A stretch of 64,000 bases of DNA from Octopus vulgaris. Lineage: Eukaryota. The translations under genes and the position numbers were made by a program. Position 1 is the stretch's first letter, and each line of letters begins with the position of its first letter. Under the pieces are notes generated by a model. It searched no databases. It saw nothing but the letters and a program-made list of their open reading frames with translations, and was not told the origin of the DNA. Positions 1 to 13,559 of the stretch are shown here, in pieces. Where the stretch lies: positions 68,262,001 to 68,326,000 of the forward strand of contig OX597814.1 of the NCBI GenBank assembly GCA_951406725.2. Reading direction: 5' to 3'.

Positions 1-532
1 GCCTTTGCAGTTGGCAAAACTGACCTATGTCTGCTGTTTGGACGCTTATTATGGTGTTCTCCGACATAGAACTGAAAAATCAGGTTTCCAGTAGTGACAT
101 GCTTCAGATTTTATGAATAGAACAGCTGTCTTTTGCCTTCTACAGTTTCTAACATAGTTCGTTATTTAGATTGGGAGTATTAAATGATGGATGTAGTTTG
201 CTGCTATTTAGTTTTATTCAAAATGCCTTAAAGCTACTCATGGATATAAGAATTACACGAAAAAGAATTTTTGTTTCACTCGCTTCGATTGAGATCGATA
301 TGTGCATCATGTGTATAATCATAAATGTGTTTGATTTTTTAAAAACATTGATTCGAAATAGGTGGTTACTATATCTACTGACAGTAGGGGTCTCATTTTC
401 TACTTCCATTTGTTTCATCATTCTGCTTTAAAAACTACACAGAATAGCTTCCATGAAACGCTACTAGGGAATTTATAAGATGCATAGGGATTTTGCTTTC
501 TTAAAGGAGATTATGCCTTCGTATCCATTTCA

Positions 533-555
533 GTAGTAGTAGTAGTAGTAGTAGC

Positions 556-590
<35 letters not shown>

Positions 591-620
591 CAGCAGCAGC
601 AGCAGAAGCAGCTGCTACTA
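533..620. repeat. (AGT)n/(AGC)n microsatellite
   Basis: Direct reading. Confidence 0.95.
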
Positions 621-2194
621 CGGTGCTTTTCAATAATCTACTTGTGTCACATTTGTTTCCCTTAAAACTTTGCATAGATTTTTCTGTTTGATTACACCGT
701 GTAACGCGATTTTTATCCTTGGATAGCAACTGTTATTTCCCATCTGCTTACCTCTAGAAAGCATGAAAAAGGGTTAATATTTCCTTTAAACTTTGCTTTT
801 GTTACATTTATTCAAGCTCTAAAATATCCCTCTCAAAACATGGCTACACTGCTCTCCCACTATTCCAGCTCGTGATCAGAGATGCACATATTGTCAGCCA
901 CTAACTGGGGACATGCTCATCTGGTTAAGGTCAATCAACTGACAAGCAAATCTATAGTACTGAGTAGAATATTTACTATAACGATATCTCTGCTTTAGCA
1001 TCTCAGCGTTGAATATGTCTGAAATGTAATAAAATATAGGCAAGTTTCAAAACACTGATGTCCAGGTCACAAAAGCAAAGTTTTCATTTCCTTTGAAATG
1101 GGAAACAAATAGGAAATAACACTTACTGGCAGAAGACAAAAAAATATTAAAGTTTATTACAAAGTGTTATTACATATAGTATAATGATAACTTCTATACA
1201 CTGCAATATATCGGCTACGTGCTTTTGCTATGTGTGGGGAGATTAATTCGATTGAAAACAGATCAAATAGGATACAAAATATCATTTTTTATTCTCATTT
1301 GGACTTCGTTTATTTAAATCTTGACGCTCGGTCAGAAGCGCGTGATTAACGGTTTCATTAGATCACACATTTGATGGTGAAATGATATCAAGGAAGGTGT
1401 AATGAAGCAATGACTGGCCGATTATTTTTCAAACTTAGTTCGGGAAAATAGTTGAGACCACAAGAGGCAGTGACAGTCCAATGTCCACTTCCTAGTTTAT
1501 TGATGCTTCTGAGCCAGTGTGATCATATTATTGATGCTTCTGAGCCATTGTGATACATCGTGATTATTGCAATTTTGTTGCATTATTCGTGATTGCTCTT
1601 CATGTTATATAATGCAATTTCTACATGTTACATGATGTAATTGAAAGTACAATTAATTATGTTATAATAAATATTTTTAGGATATTTCACGTAAAAAATT
1701 TTTGTATATAAAAACTAAAGTCAGCTTATGATCAGCATACCGAATGTGATAGAAAAACACAAAAATTGGGAGTAAAATATAACTTTCATTAAAATCTGTT
1801 ACCTAGTGCAACAGATCACTACAAGCCCAGATCTTCAAACATGCTCCTCAAACAAATAATCAGCTTATAGAATTTACTACTTTTGTGTGCTTTATCTATG
1901 AATTACATCTTACATCTATGAGTGTTGATATTGATACGACTCTTATACACCACCCACTGAAAGCATTTATTATGCGATTCAAAACAATTTAGTGCGTTTC
2001 GTAGTTTATTAATTACAAAACATTGATAAAACATGTAAGAACATGCATTAGTATCTTATAGGTTACCAAAGAAAAGAAATGTAATGAGGTTTAATGAAGG
2101 CGTCTTGTACTGCATATTAATACTAATAGCATCATATGTTAAAGAAGATGTTTTGATGTACACAATTACAAAATAAAAATTTAACTATACATAC

Positions 2195-2438
2195 ATGGAA
2201 TAATACATAGTGTTCTTTCTCAAAATGTCCAAAGGTACCGACATGTTGATACCCATGAAAAACTGAGTTCAAAAGGTCAGTCACAAATGTGGCCACCATA
2301 CAACAAAAGAATATTTGCCAGGACAGAGATTTCGTCCAAAATGAAGAAACTTCTTCCATTGAGAAAAGAAGGCCTCCAATTGGCGCTCCAAATGCTGAAG
2401 CAATACCAGCAGCAGCTCCAGCAGAAATGAAATTTCGT
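2195..2438 (-). CDS. Exon of a CLC-family chloride channel/H+-Cl- antiporter (ClC-6/7-like)
   Basis: Minus strand ttttcAG|A CGA AAT... translates RNFISAGAAAGIASAFGAPIGGLLFSMEEVSSFW...YVLFH|GTATGT. It contains the CLC GxAAG..AF.APIGG.LF..EE signature. 244 nt with canonical AG/GT. Confidence 0.93.
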
Positions 2439-3148
2439 CTGAAAATAAAATAGATATAGGCATAAAAATGTATAGATTTAATAAATTATTAAATATTTAT
2501 ATATTCTAGATTGAGACAAATCTGACCGATAACAAGAAATAAAACAAATAGATGAAAACTTTTTACGAAAGGCAAATCTTTTAAGTTATCGAAGTAATAT
2601 CATACGAAAATCTTTTGGATCACTTTACTGCATGAGTAACAAATGCAAAATCATATTTCATGTGTAATTAATAAATGCTATAAACATATTTCCCTGAAAA
2701 TAATAAACATATTGTCGCAAAATTTATAATTTATACTTTTAGAATTTAGATTAGAAATTTCAAAACTAATGAGCTAAATATATTTTCAGTAGCGTGAGCA
2801 TGGGAAAATATCTTAGAAACTGAAACTCAGACTCTATTGAAAATTACAAAGAGAACCTGGAATGTGAAATTCGACAGTAATTCGATTAAATTTTCACTTA
2901 TTTATACTAAATATCGTTTCAAGATGCAGTATTTTTATTTTATTTTTGCTTCGATCGCGTTCTCTGGATATAGAAATTTTTTCTGATTGCATTAATCTCT
3001 ATTAATATATTTTAGATCTATCGATTTGGAATCTGAAACTGTTGAATATGTTTAAAAGATATTTTGTAGCGATATTTGTTTCCCACGAATTTAGAATCTC
3101 TGAATGAAAGCGCTGAATATATTGTAATATTAGACTTGGAAGTAAAAC

Positions 3149-3388
3149 TGAATAAAACTAAAAAGGCAAATAAGCACATGTCTCTTGAAAGTTTTTTCAT
3201 GGATACTGATAACTTAACACAAAAAAGTGATGTAAATATATAGGAATGTATGAAACATGATTATATATCTATATAATCATGTTTCATACATTCCTATATA
3301 TTTACATCACTTTTTTGTGTTAAGTTATCAGTATCCATGAAAAAACTTTCAAGAGACATGTGCTTATTTGCCTTTTTAGTTTTATTCA
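3149..3388. repeat. Perfect palindrome, 119-bp arms, 2-nt spacer
   Basis: 3149-3267 is the exact reverse complement of 3270-3388. Confidence 0.95.
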
Positions 3389-4699
3389 AAACGTCAACTA
3401 ATACATTTTATATTTGATGGATCTAGAGGCAATGGCAGTTACCATTTAATACGGGAAAGACAGCGGCATGGGTGGAATTCTGGATGGGAAAATATTCTGT
3501 GAAGGAAACACTGGGTGTAATGATCAGTGCGAGGCCTATGGGTGAGGATGAACACAACAAGTAATGAAGCGGCTTTTCTTTTAAAGCGATCAGGATACTT
3601 GAGTGTACAGCAGCAGAGGCACCGTCCCATACAAAAATATACTGAGTGTCCCTATACACGTACCATGCATATACATATAGTACATGAACCAAATTAACCA
3701 TAGTTAAATAATGGGTGACATACCATAAAAAATGCATTAAACAGAATACTACACATACCACACTTAACCAAATAATTGTCCTTACAATATATTTCAAGAA
3801 CACCAGAGTGAAAAACTTACGCATCAACATGAAACCAAAGCCGAAGCCAGAGAAGTGCTTCGCACAAACAAAATAGTATACAAATTTAAATGAAGACATC
3901 AAAGTCGTGGATATCATAAGACAAACAATTTGATAGTCGTTTTATGTATTTCCATCAAGACATGGCAACATGTTATAAACATAAAAAAAATATTAGCATA
4001 ACTTTAGTTGAAAGCACACATAAAATAGAAGGGGTCATAGCTATAGAAGACATACTCATATTGAATTACGAAGCAGAAATGGTTAAACAGATACGACATA
4101 CGTAAAATTAATAATAAAAGTCAAGAGGAAGTTGTTACTGCTTTTACATTATTCCCAAGGTCCTTCGACAACTACGACAAAGGCTAAATAACAATGCTAC
4201 AAATATTATCATTTTACTTGAATGATAATGCTGAGAAACTTTTGAGATGTTGAGGGACTTAGGAAAGCTAATATTTCAAACTTAGTATAATGGAATAACT
4301 AGGAAGTGAGAAAATGCTTAAACAAAAAAATATTAAACTCGAACATTCGTGTTATTATGTAAAATGTTCAAGGAAATGATGTTCTTATATTTAGAGTGCG
4401 ACGAGTATTTGAGGATACTTGATTATCAGTATATTACTTTCTTCAAACTAATTAACGGAGTTTTATTTATTCCGAATCCACCATAAAAGGCTGACACAAG
4501 AAATGAAAAGACATACAATCATTGATATATTATGTGCGAAACACGGCTATTTAAAAATTGCTTACTTTCTAAATATTACAAGTTTGGGTGGAAATAGAAG
4601 CCACTGACAGGAATGTTTCAACTGTATCAAAGGAAAAGAAAACATTCTAAATATCCGGACACTATAGAGACACCACAATTCATCTAACGACTTTAAAGC

Positions 4700-5490
4700 A
4701 TTATCGATGATACTGAAATATCAATGAGGGCCATCACCGAAGAACTTTAGATATGGGAGTGCTCTACATGAATTGCAGCGCATGAGGACATATTACTGAG
4801 AAGAAGCCAATTTTGTCTGCAAAGACACGCGAAAACTGTTTGATCTGTGCGAAGGTTAAAATCGTCACGTACATTACATGTTTTGATTCTTATCTGATCA
4901 GACAATCTTCAACCAAGACTAAATGTCTAACAGGAGCGATACCTGATAGTTAAGTGCAGGTCATTCCGATGTCCCCATAGTAATGCCACTAAGTTTCCAG
5001 CAACTGTGATGATTTTAGGAGAGGTGAGTAACGCAGCTCGTTTCATGTCATCTCACATCTTTCCAAAGGGTACTTGAATATATTTTGCATACGCTGATGT
5101 GCTGGAGACAGTTGTTAAGCTTTGCATGGATGATGTAGGCATTAGAAGGCTACAAGTATTTCGACAAAACCCACCACCATCTAAAGAATTTCACATATTA
5201 CAATGTGTAATACCAAATTTGTGACCTCCAAACTAGCTAAATATATTTCCCATTGACTACTACATTTGGAGCGTTGATGAAAAGGAGACTAATCGATATT
5301 TTCACAATACCGTAGCTTCACCGAATGCTGCCATTTTCCAGGTGATGTCCGAAACTGAAGGCGGATTCTTAGAGCAATCGAGAGCATGCACACAAATGTT
5401 TATTAAAAAAATATTTGGGTCATAGTAAATTAGAGCTGTTCAATTTTATTACCAAGTATGTCCTCAAATACCTCCCGCCCTTATATACAA
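4700..5490 (+). mobile_element. Degenerate IS630-Tc1-mariner (DD37D/maT-like) transposase remnant
   Basis: Broken frames resembling SD..F.QD, DVPIV..TKFPATVMILG, LETVVK..MDDV and (W)PPN....PLDYYIWSV.EKETN; many stops and frameshifts. Confidence 0.6.
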
Positions 5491-5514
5491 ATATATATTT
5501 GTATATCATATGCA

Positions 5515-5517
<3 letters not shown>

Positions 5518-5565
<48 letters not shown>

Positions 5566-5570
5566 CATAT

Positions 5571-5625
<55 letters not shown>

Positions 5626-5703
5626 TACATACATACATACATACATACATACATACATACATACATACATACATACATACATACATACATACATACATAC
5701 ATA
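5518..5703. repeat. Compound (TA)n(CA)n(CATA)n microsatellite
   Basis: Direct reading; source of several spurious ORFs. Confidence 0.95.
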
Positions 5704-8575
5704 CTCCTTCTTGAGGAAAATCTAGAGTGAAGAGAAGGAATTTAACCAAGATGCTTTGTGGCTGGAAGAAATCCGAAAAAGTTATTGCTCCTGCGTTACA
5801 TCAAAGACACAACATTGATGGTGAAACTCTTGCAACTGTGATACAGAAACTCCAGGTTGGAAAAAAATCTTGGAAGAGACCAGATTGTTGAATATTGGTA
5901 CAAGACGCTAACATTCTACCGACTATATCTTATTAATCTGTACCGGCAAGCTTTCATTGCGAACAGTAAGTATACCACGCTGGTTTTTTCTCCGATAGAG
6001 ACAAAATTGATCCCCAAATGCAGAACCACCCACATGGCAAAAAAGAAACTACAAGCCAGAACTTAATGTATAAAATATATATAGCATGTTTAAACTTCTT
6101 CCTCCAGGACCATTGTGAAACAAATAACTTTATAACGGCAGAACAAGCAGCTGGGAAGAAGGAAGTCTGGGGATGTCCCGACCAATTGTTACTCAACAAA
6201 ACTGTGATGTCTGAGGTGCGCGAGCATAGGACGTACTTAGTGTCAATGTGGTTAGATTACAAGAAAGCCTTTGACTCTGTTTGCCACTCATGGATGCTAA
6301 AAGCCCTTCAACTTGCAAAAGTTCCAGTGAGAATTGTCAAAGCCATCTTGAAATTAAACACAAAGAGTGACTGTATTATCACCGATAGAATACAATATCG
6401 TAAAGGCATATACCAAGGAGACAGCCTCTCTGTGATGTTGTTTATAATTTCTGTAAACTCCTTGTCATTCATGTTAAAGAAGCCTTAAGGAAACAGATAT
6501 TCGCTGCTTCTTTGAGGATGATTTTGCAAAGAATATGCATGAGATGAAAAAGAGCCTTGATCTAGTTACAACATTCTCAAAGTATACAAGGCTGGAGTTT
6601 GGTCAGGATAAATGTTGTTATATGGTTGTGAAAAGGGGGAAAACTATAAATCAGACTAGTAACATCTCCATTAGTGATTTGACTATTTCCCTTGTATCTG
6701 ACGAGGAATGTTTAAGGTACCTAAGGGTAAATGAAAATATATCTTACAATGGCAACGGTAACAAAACACGTGTCACAAGCGAATAAAGAAAATTAGGACC
6801 TCAGAACTATCTGCATTCATTACAACAGTGGCCCACAATATGTTCAATATGTTTGCAGTGCCAGTACTTATGCCAATATTTGGGCTGCTTGATTGGACGC
6901 TTGATGAGATCCGAGTCATTGATGTGAAAACCCGAAAGATACTAACAAGCTCGCATAATTCCCACATAAACAGTGACGTAGACTGCCTCTACCTAAAATG
7001 TAAACAAGGTGGCAGAGGCTTATCATCGATCCAAAATACTTTTAAATGTCTTATCATATCCCTTCTGCAACATCTTTTAACCACCAAGTCTCGAAATCCA
7101 TCCCTTGACCAAGTTAGCATACATGAGGTTGATAACATTATAAGACTTGTAAGGCAGCTCCTTGAGCAACACTCTTTGTCTGATAAACAAATCGCACGAC
7201 TCTACCGCAACATATCATCAGATGAAAGGATGAATCTATATGAGCAGAAGATTATGCCTCCGTGATGATAGTAACATCGATCTTCAAAGCAGTTTATCAT
7301 GGACCAATAGCCGGATTACTACCTCCCCCTTTGAAGGGTATGCGTTTGCAATCGTAGAACAGCAAATATCAACCAAGTACTTGATGCACAAAAAGGATAG
7401 AGGTGCAGGATAAGCCGTAAAATGTGACAACTGATGCAGACTTTGTGGAGTTCACACCGAAGATATCACCCACATCATAAGCAGTTGTCCGAAAATGTCA
7501 TCACGGTATCATCTACCGATGAGAACTGACGTTGTAGATAGGACACTCTATAATAAAATCCGTCGGAAGGAAAATATGGAGGACAAAGAAATAAAAGCTC
7601 ACAATATGGTAGAAGTCATAGCCACTCATAATAAAAAGGAATACTGATGGAATGTGCCAGTGAAGACATCATTATAATGTAAGTACAAGAGACCTGATAA
7701 AATGATCTGGGATAAAGAAGAGAAACTGTGCACAGTTGTGGAAATTAGCTGCCCAGTGGATGTTAACATAAAGCCGAAGATCAGTGAAAAACACAACACC
7801 TAGGCAGAACTCTTGAGAAATCTGCAGTTACTCTATCCAGGGGCCCTGGGATAAGTAACACACTGCCTAAATACCAGTCTTGAAAAATTAGGCTTCTCAA
7901 AATCAGAAAGGAGAAAGGTAATTTGAAGGCTACAGATCCAATCCATCATTGGAACTGTAAAGATCTATAAAACTTTCCAGAAGTTTATCATTTAAAGGTA
8001 TATGAGCATGTTTTGATATGTAACCATATGCATGAGAATACATACATAAAACATACAAATCTGCACATACATACATAGGCACAGGAGTGGCTGTGTGGTA
8101 AGTAGCTTGCTTACTAACCACATGGTTCTGGGTTCAGTCGCACTGCGTGGCACCTTGGGCAAGTCTCTTCTACTATAACCTTGGGCCGACCAAAGCTTTG
8201 TGAGTGGATTTGATAGACAGAAACTGAAAGAAGTCCGTCGTATATACATGTGTGTGTGTGCTTTTGTCCCCCACTATCGCTTGACAACCAATGTTGACGT
8301 GTTTATGCCCCCGTAACTTAGTGGCTCGGCAAAAAATAGTGATAGAATAAGTACTAAGTTTACAAAGAATAAGTCCTGGGGTCGATTTGTTTGACTAAAG
8401 GTGGTGCTCCAGCATGGCCGCAATAAAATGACTAAAACAAATAAAAGAATAAAAGAATACAAACAAAAATAGTTTGTTGTTGATGCTGAAATTCCAATGA
8501 AGGAACCTTGGATCTAGGTTAGAAACCGGTTCTTTCTCTATTGGCAAGACATTTTGAAATAAACTGAATAATGAC
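5704..8575 (+). mobile_element. 5'-truncated R4/Dong-like non-LTR retrotransposon (RT + CCHC + RLE), pseudogenised; 3' UTR split by a SINE
   Basis: WLDYKKAFDSVCHSW, GIYQGDSLS, GGRGL, CRLC...HIISSCPKM, RPD...CTVVEISCP; flanked on both sides by (CATA)n. Confidence 0.88.
8077..8459 (+). mobile_element. tRNA-derived SINE family A (octopus OR-like)
   Basis: Head GTGGCTGTGTGGTAAG...GGTTCAGTC (A/B-box-like), central CCTTGGGCAAG, internal (TG)n and an AAAAGAAT tail; many homologs in the window. Confidence 0.85.
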
Positions 8576-8684
8576 ATACAGACACACATACATACATACA
8601 TACATACATACATACATACATACATACATACATACATACATACATACATACATACATACATACATACATACGTACATACATACT

Positions 8685-10148
8685 CAAAGGATATAAAATT
8701 AAAGTGTGGTCGGAATAAATGTTATATGGTTGGAAAAAGAGGAAAATCTCTAAACCAGACTAGTGACATCTCCATAAATTACTTGACTGTTTCCCTTGTG
8801 TCAGATTAAGAATGTTACAGGTATATAAGGGTGGATGAAGACATATCTTACAATGGTACCGGTAACAAACACGTGTCATTAAAGAATATTACAACCAAAT
8901 AAAAAAAATTAGGACTGCAGAACTCTCTGCATTCATTAAAATAGTGACCCACAATATTGTTACAGTACCAGTACTCATACCAATATTTGGGCTGTTTGAT
9001 TGGATGCTTGATGAGATCCGAGCCATTGATGTGGAAACCCGGAAAATACTAACAAGCACACATACTTTTCACATAAACAGTTACGCAGACCGCTTCTACC
9101 TAAAACGAAAATAAGGCGACAGAGGCTTAAATTTAATCAATAATGTCTTTGAACGTCTTATCATATACATTCGACAACATCTTTCAATCATCAAGTGTCG
9201 AAGTATAACCCTTGACCAAGTTTGCGTACATGAGGTTGGTAACATCATAAGACTTGGAAGGCAGGTCCTTGAGCAGCATTTCTTGTCTGTTAACCTTAAA
9301 TACCACAGAAGTCGCATGACTATCGCAACGATGATGAAAGGATGAATGTATATGAGCAGAAGACCATGCATGGATATGTTAGTATAAAGCTCAGAGACGA
9401 TAGTAACATTGAGCAACAAAGCAGTCAAACATGGATCAACAACCGGTGTATTACCACCCACTTTGAAGGATACGCTTTTGCAATCCAGAAACAGTAAATA
9501 TTGACCAAATAACAGTTGCACAAAAGGGATAGAGATGCAGGAAAAGCCGTAAAATGTGACAACTGATGCAGACTTTGTGGAGTTAACACCGAAGTTATCG
9601 CCCACATCATAAGCAGTTGTCCAAAAATGTCATCACGTTATTATCTACGGATGAGACATGATGTTGTAGCTAGGACACCGTATAACGAGATCCGGCGAAA
9701 GGATAACCCCGAGGATAAAGATATGAGAACCACAGCATAGTGGAAACCATAGGCCTGATATATTGATTTGGGATAGAGAAAAATTTTGTACTGTTGTGGA
9801 CGTTAACGTAAAGCTGAAGACCAGTGAAAAAGAGAATAGCTACACTGAACTATTGAGAAATCTGCAATTAATTTATCCAGATTGCAAGTTCAGGTTTATA
9901 CCTGTAATTATTGGGGCACTGAGATAAATAACATACTGCCTAAATTGCAATCTTGAGAAATTAATCTTCCCAAGACAAGAAAGGAGAAAGCTGATTCGAA
10001 GACGACAAATCTAAACCATCAATGGAACTGCAACAGTCTGTAGAACTTTCCAGAAGTTTATCATATAAGTATATGTCAGCATGCCTAAATATGCAAGTAT
10101 ATGCATGACAAGACATACTTAAAGCATACAAATCTGCACGTATACACA
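8685..10148 (+). mobile_element. Second truncated R4/Dong-like LINE copy
   Basis: Collinear homology to about 6650-8070 (TCTGCATTCATTA, CRLCGVNTE..HIISSCPKMSS); starts and ends in (CATA)n. Confidence 0.85.
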
Positions 10149-10685
10149 CGAGGGGTGTATGAAAAGTTTTAAGCCTAACATAGAAATGGGGCTTCTAGGT
10201 AGCTGAAACGATTTTTTCTGGTAAGTACAGTCTTTTCGGAGTATTCTTACACATTTTCATGATTCTGATATTTAATTTTTTTTTGTTACAGATTTTTGAA
10301 TAAACAAGTGTCGAGGTTACAAGGAAAATGGAGAAAACTAAGTATTGTGCTGGCATAAAGTACCTTCATTTGAAAGGCATGACTCCATCAGAAATCCATG
10401 AAGATATGGTGAGAACCTTAACTGACAATGTCCCTTCATATGCAACAGTCAAACGCTGGGTAAATGAATTCCAGCGTGGCAGGGAGAGTGTGGAAGATGA
10501 TCCCAGACCAGGGAGGAAGTTTATTGGAGTGTCAAAGAAAAGAGTTCCTCTACGCCGGGTTAATGGTGCTTTAGCACCGCTGGAGCACCTCAGCCATCGA
10601 GGGGGACAATGTTGAAAAATAAATCATTAGAAATTTTGAAATATGTTTTATTTTTTGAGGCTCAAGACTTTTCATACACCCCTCG
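10149..10685 (+). mobile_element. Internally deleted mariner (MITE-like) retaining the transposase N-terminal HTH (10328 to about 10512)
   Basis: TIRs CGAGGGGTGTATGAAAAGT / ACTTTTCATACACCCCTCG, right TA flank; IKYLHLKG...PSYATVKRW..EF.RGRESVEDDPRPGR. Confidence 0.9.
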
Positions 10686-10799
10686 TACATACATACATAC
10701 ATACATAAATACATACATACATACATACATACATACATACATACATACATACATACATACATACATACATACATACATACATACATACATACATACGTA

Positions 10800-11192
10800 C
10801 AATCTCTTTGAAAATCAAAGTCAAAGATGGTAACTATGGACAACTGCTTCGAAACCTCCAGCTTCTATATCCGGATTATAAATTTACATTTACATCAATA
10901 ATAACAGGAGCACTTGGTTTTGTAAGTGAACGGCTAACTGTCAGAAAAAGAGATCAACTTGCTGGCTCTCACATTACAATCTGTAAGCGGAACAGTAAAA
11001 TTGTTAGAAACGAGCTCTTTCTTCAGAGGAAGAATTTAAATGATTTGATACAGAACATACATACATACATACATACATACATACAAAAATACCGTTATTG
11101 ATGTTGAAATTCCAATGAAGGAGCTTTGGATCTAGGTTAGAAGCGGCTAATTCTCTATTGGCAAGAAATCTTGAAATAAAATTTTATAAGGA
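10800..11192 (+). mobile_element. 3' fragment of an R4-like LINE plus 3' UTR
   Basis: Near-identical to 13072-13346 apart from a short internal deletion; followed by the same 3' UTR motif as 8472-8575. Confidence 0.85.
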
Positions 11193-11204
11193 CATACATA
11201 TATA

Positions 11205-11239
<35 letters not shown>

Positions 11240-11280
11240 TCATACATACACACATACACACATACATGCATACATATATG

Positions 11281-12110
11281 GGATAAAGTGTTGTGAGTCT
11301 AAATGTGATTCTATGATATGGAAAACCTGTACCCTCCTCTGAAAACCTAAAAATGAATGGTTTGACTGTAGTCTGCTGACAATTATAGTTATCTCGGACA
11401 GGATGAGAATGTCAGAACCATAAATGAGAAGAGGAATAGAATTGAGTACCTCGAGAGAGTAAAGAGAACATGGTCATCAAATCTTTCAGCTTACAACAAG
11501 CACACTACCCACAATACCTATGCAGTGCCAGTTCTCACGACTACATTTGACCTTTTGAATTGGTCACTACAAGAACTAAATGTGACAGATGTTCGAACTC
11601 GCAAGCCGCTCACTGTTACAGGAAACTTCAACATCAATGGAGACAGGCTATACTTTCCATGCAAGGAAGGTGACCGTAGTCTCAGATCTGTACTGATGTC
11701 ATATAAAGCACAGATATTGTTGTGTGAGACTACAAAGTAAAGACATCTGTTGTGGAAATCAGCTGTCCTCTGGACACGAATATGGTTAGAAAAATGCAAG
11801 AGAAAGAGGGCATCTATGGACCATTGATAAGAAGTTTGCAAATCCATCCAGTACTCAAGATATACTTCCAGCTTCATATCTATTATTATTGAAGCACCAG
11901 AATAGATACCAACCCGTCTGAAGCAGAGTATGGCTGAACTTGCAATCTTGGGTAGAGAATGTAAATCCTTAATTCATAAGGTACAAATGATCACGATATC
12001 TGGTACTATAAAAATTTGCAAGACCTTCTTAAGCTATAAAGAATGACGGTTAAATTATGATACTTTAAGTCGGTAGCCGGTCAAAATATTGTCTCTTACA
12101 AGACAATATC
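11281..12110 (+). mobile_element. Degenerate, internally deleted R4-like LINE
   Basis: SAYNK..THNTYAVPVL, then directly VVEISCP...ISGTIKICKTFL. Confidence 0.75.
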
Positions 12111-12117
12111 TCATAAT

Positions 12118-13346
12118 GAATTTTCAGTACCAGTGTCGATTCCAACACTTGGGATACTTGACTGGTCTTTATAAGAAATCCACTCCATAAACATTAAAAC
12201 CTGCAAGATTATGACATCAACTGGAAATCTCCACAAAAATAGTGATATCAACAGGCTCCGCCTATGAAGAGATGAAGGAAGTAGGGGGTTGAGATCAGTG
12301 CAGAAAGCCTTGAATGTCGCATAGTCTATCTCAGACAGCACTTGCTAAACAACAGCAGCAAAATTGGATACATTAACTAGGAGCTGAACAGTGAAAAAAA
12401 CAATATCCAATGTGTTCTAAGTGAGCTCTGAAGCAGGTACTTTCTTCCTGATGACTTCTTATACAACTTCAAATCAACCGAATAGCATATCTCAAACAAG
12501 ACCTGGAAGTGTAATTCCCAGCACATCAAATAGGACTATGCATGATTGTTTCTCATAGACTTAAAGAAGCTAGTAACGTTGAACGTTGACATGAAGCGAA
12601 GCCTCTCTTGGACTTGTAATCCCTACATCACATCACACTTTGAAGGCTATGCATTTGTAATCCAAGAACAGGAGATTGCTACTAAATACCTAATCAACAA
12701 AAGAGACAGTGAAGCCCTTGAAGTTCCAAGATGCAACCATAAATGTTAATTATATCATATTTCCGTGAACGACATCACATATGCGATTAGCAGCCGCCCA
12801 AAAATGTCAAGGTACTACCTCTCTATGCGACATGACGTTGTTGCTAAAACAATATGCAATACCATTCAGAAAAAAAATTGTCATGAAATATATAGAGAGA
12901 ATCCCCCTGCTATTGAATGCATACATAAATACCAGCACAAGGAATACTGGTAGAACTTTCCAATCAAAACACCCGTCAGGGGCAAACGTAACAGGCCGGT
13001 TATTATTGTTTGGGACAGATAAGAGAAAGTGTGTACCGTCATAGAGGTCAGCTGTCCTGCTGATGTGAACAACTCTTTGAAAATCAAAGTCAAAGAAGGT
13101 AACTATGGAAAACTGCTTCGAAACCTCCAGCTTCTAAATCCGGATTATAAATTTACATTTACATCTATAATAACAGGAGCACTTGGTTTTGTAAGTAAAC
13201 GGTTAACTGTCAGTCTAGATATGCTTGGATTTTCAGAAAAAGAAATCAACTTCCTGGCTCTCACATTACAATCTGTAAGCGGAACAGTAAAATTGTTAGA
13301 AACGAGCTCTTTCTTCAGAGGAAGAATTTAAATGATTTAATACAGA
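12118..13346 (+). mobile_element. Truncated R4-like LINE ending in (CATA)n
   Basis: HFEGYAFVIQEQEIATKYL, MRHDVVAK, CTVIEVSCPADVN; (CATA)n tail 13347-13529. Confidence 0.85.
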
Positions 13347-13417
13347 ACATACATACATACATACATACATACATACATACATACATACATACATACATAC
13401 ATACATACATACACACA

Positions 13418-13451
<34 letters not shown>

Positions 13452-13559
13452 CATACATACATACATACGTACATACGTACATACATACATACATACATAC
13501 ATACATACATACATACATACATACATACACTGGATTATTGCCCGGAAAAGTCTAATATT

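Noticed and set aside
3425-3910. Possible CR1 remnant (WQLPFN...LGVMIS) or 164-aa minus-strand ORF
   Set aside because: Too degraded to support either call
5415-5749. ORFs of YI/HT/MYVC repeats (also about 13300, 29200-30190, 31000-31600, 63170-63500)
   Set aside because: Translations of microsatellites; no coding evidence
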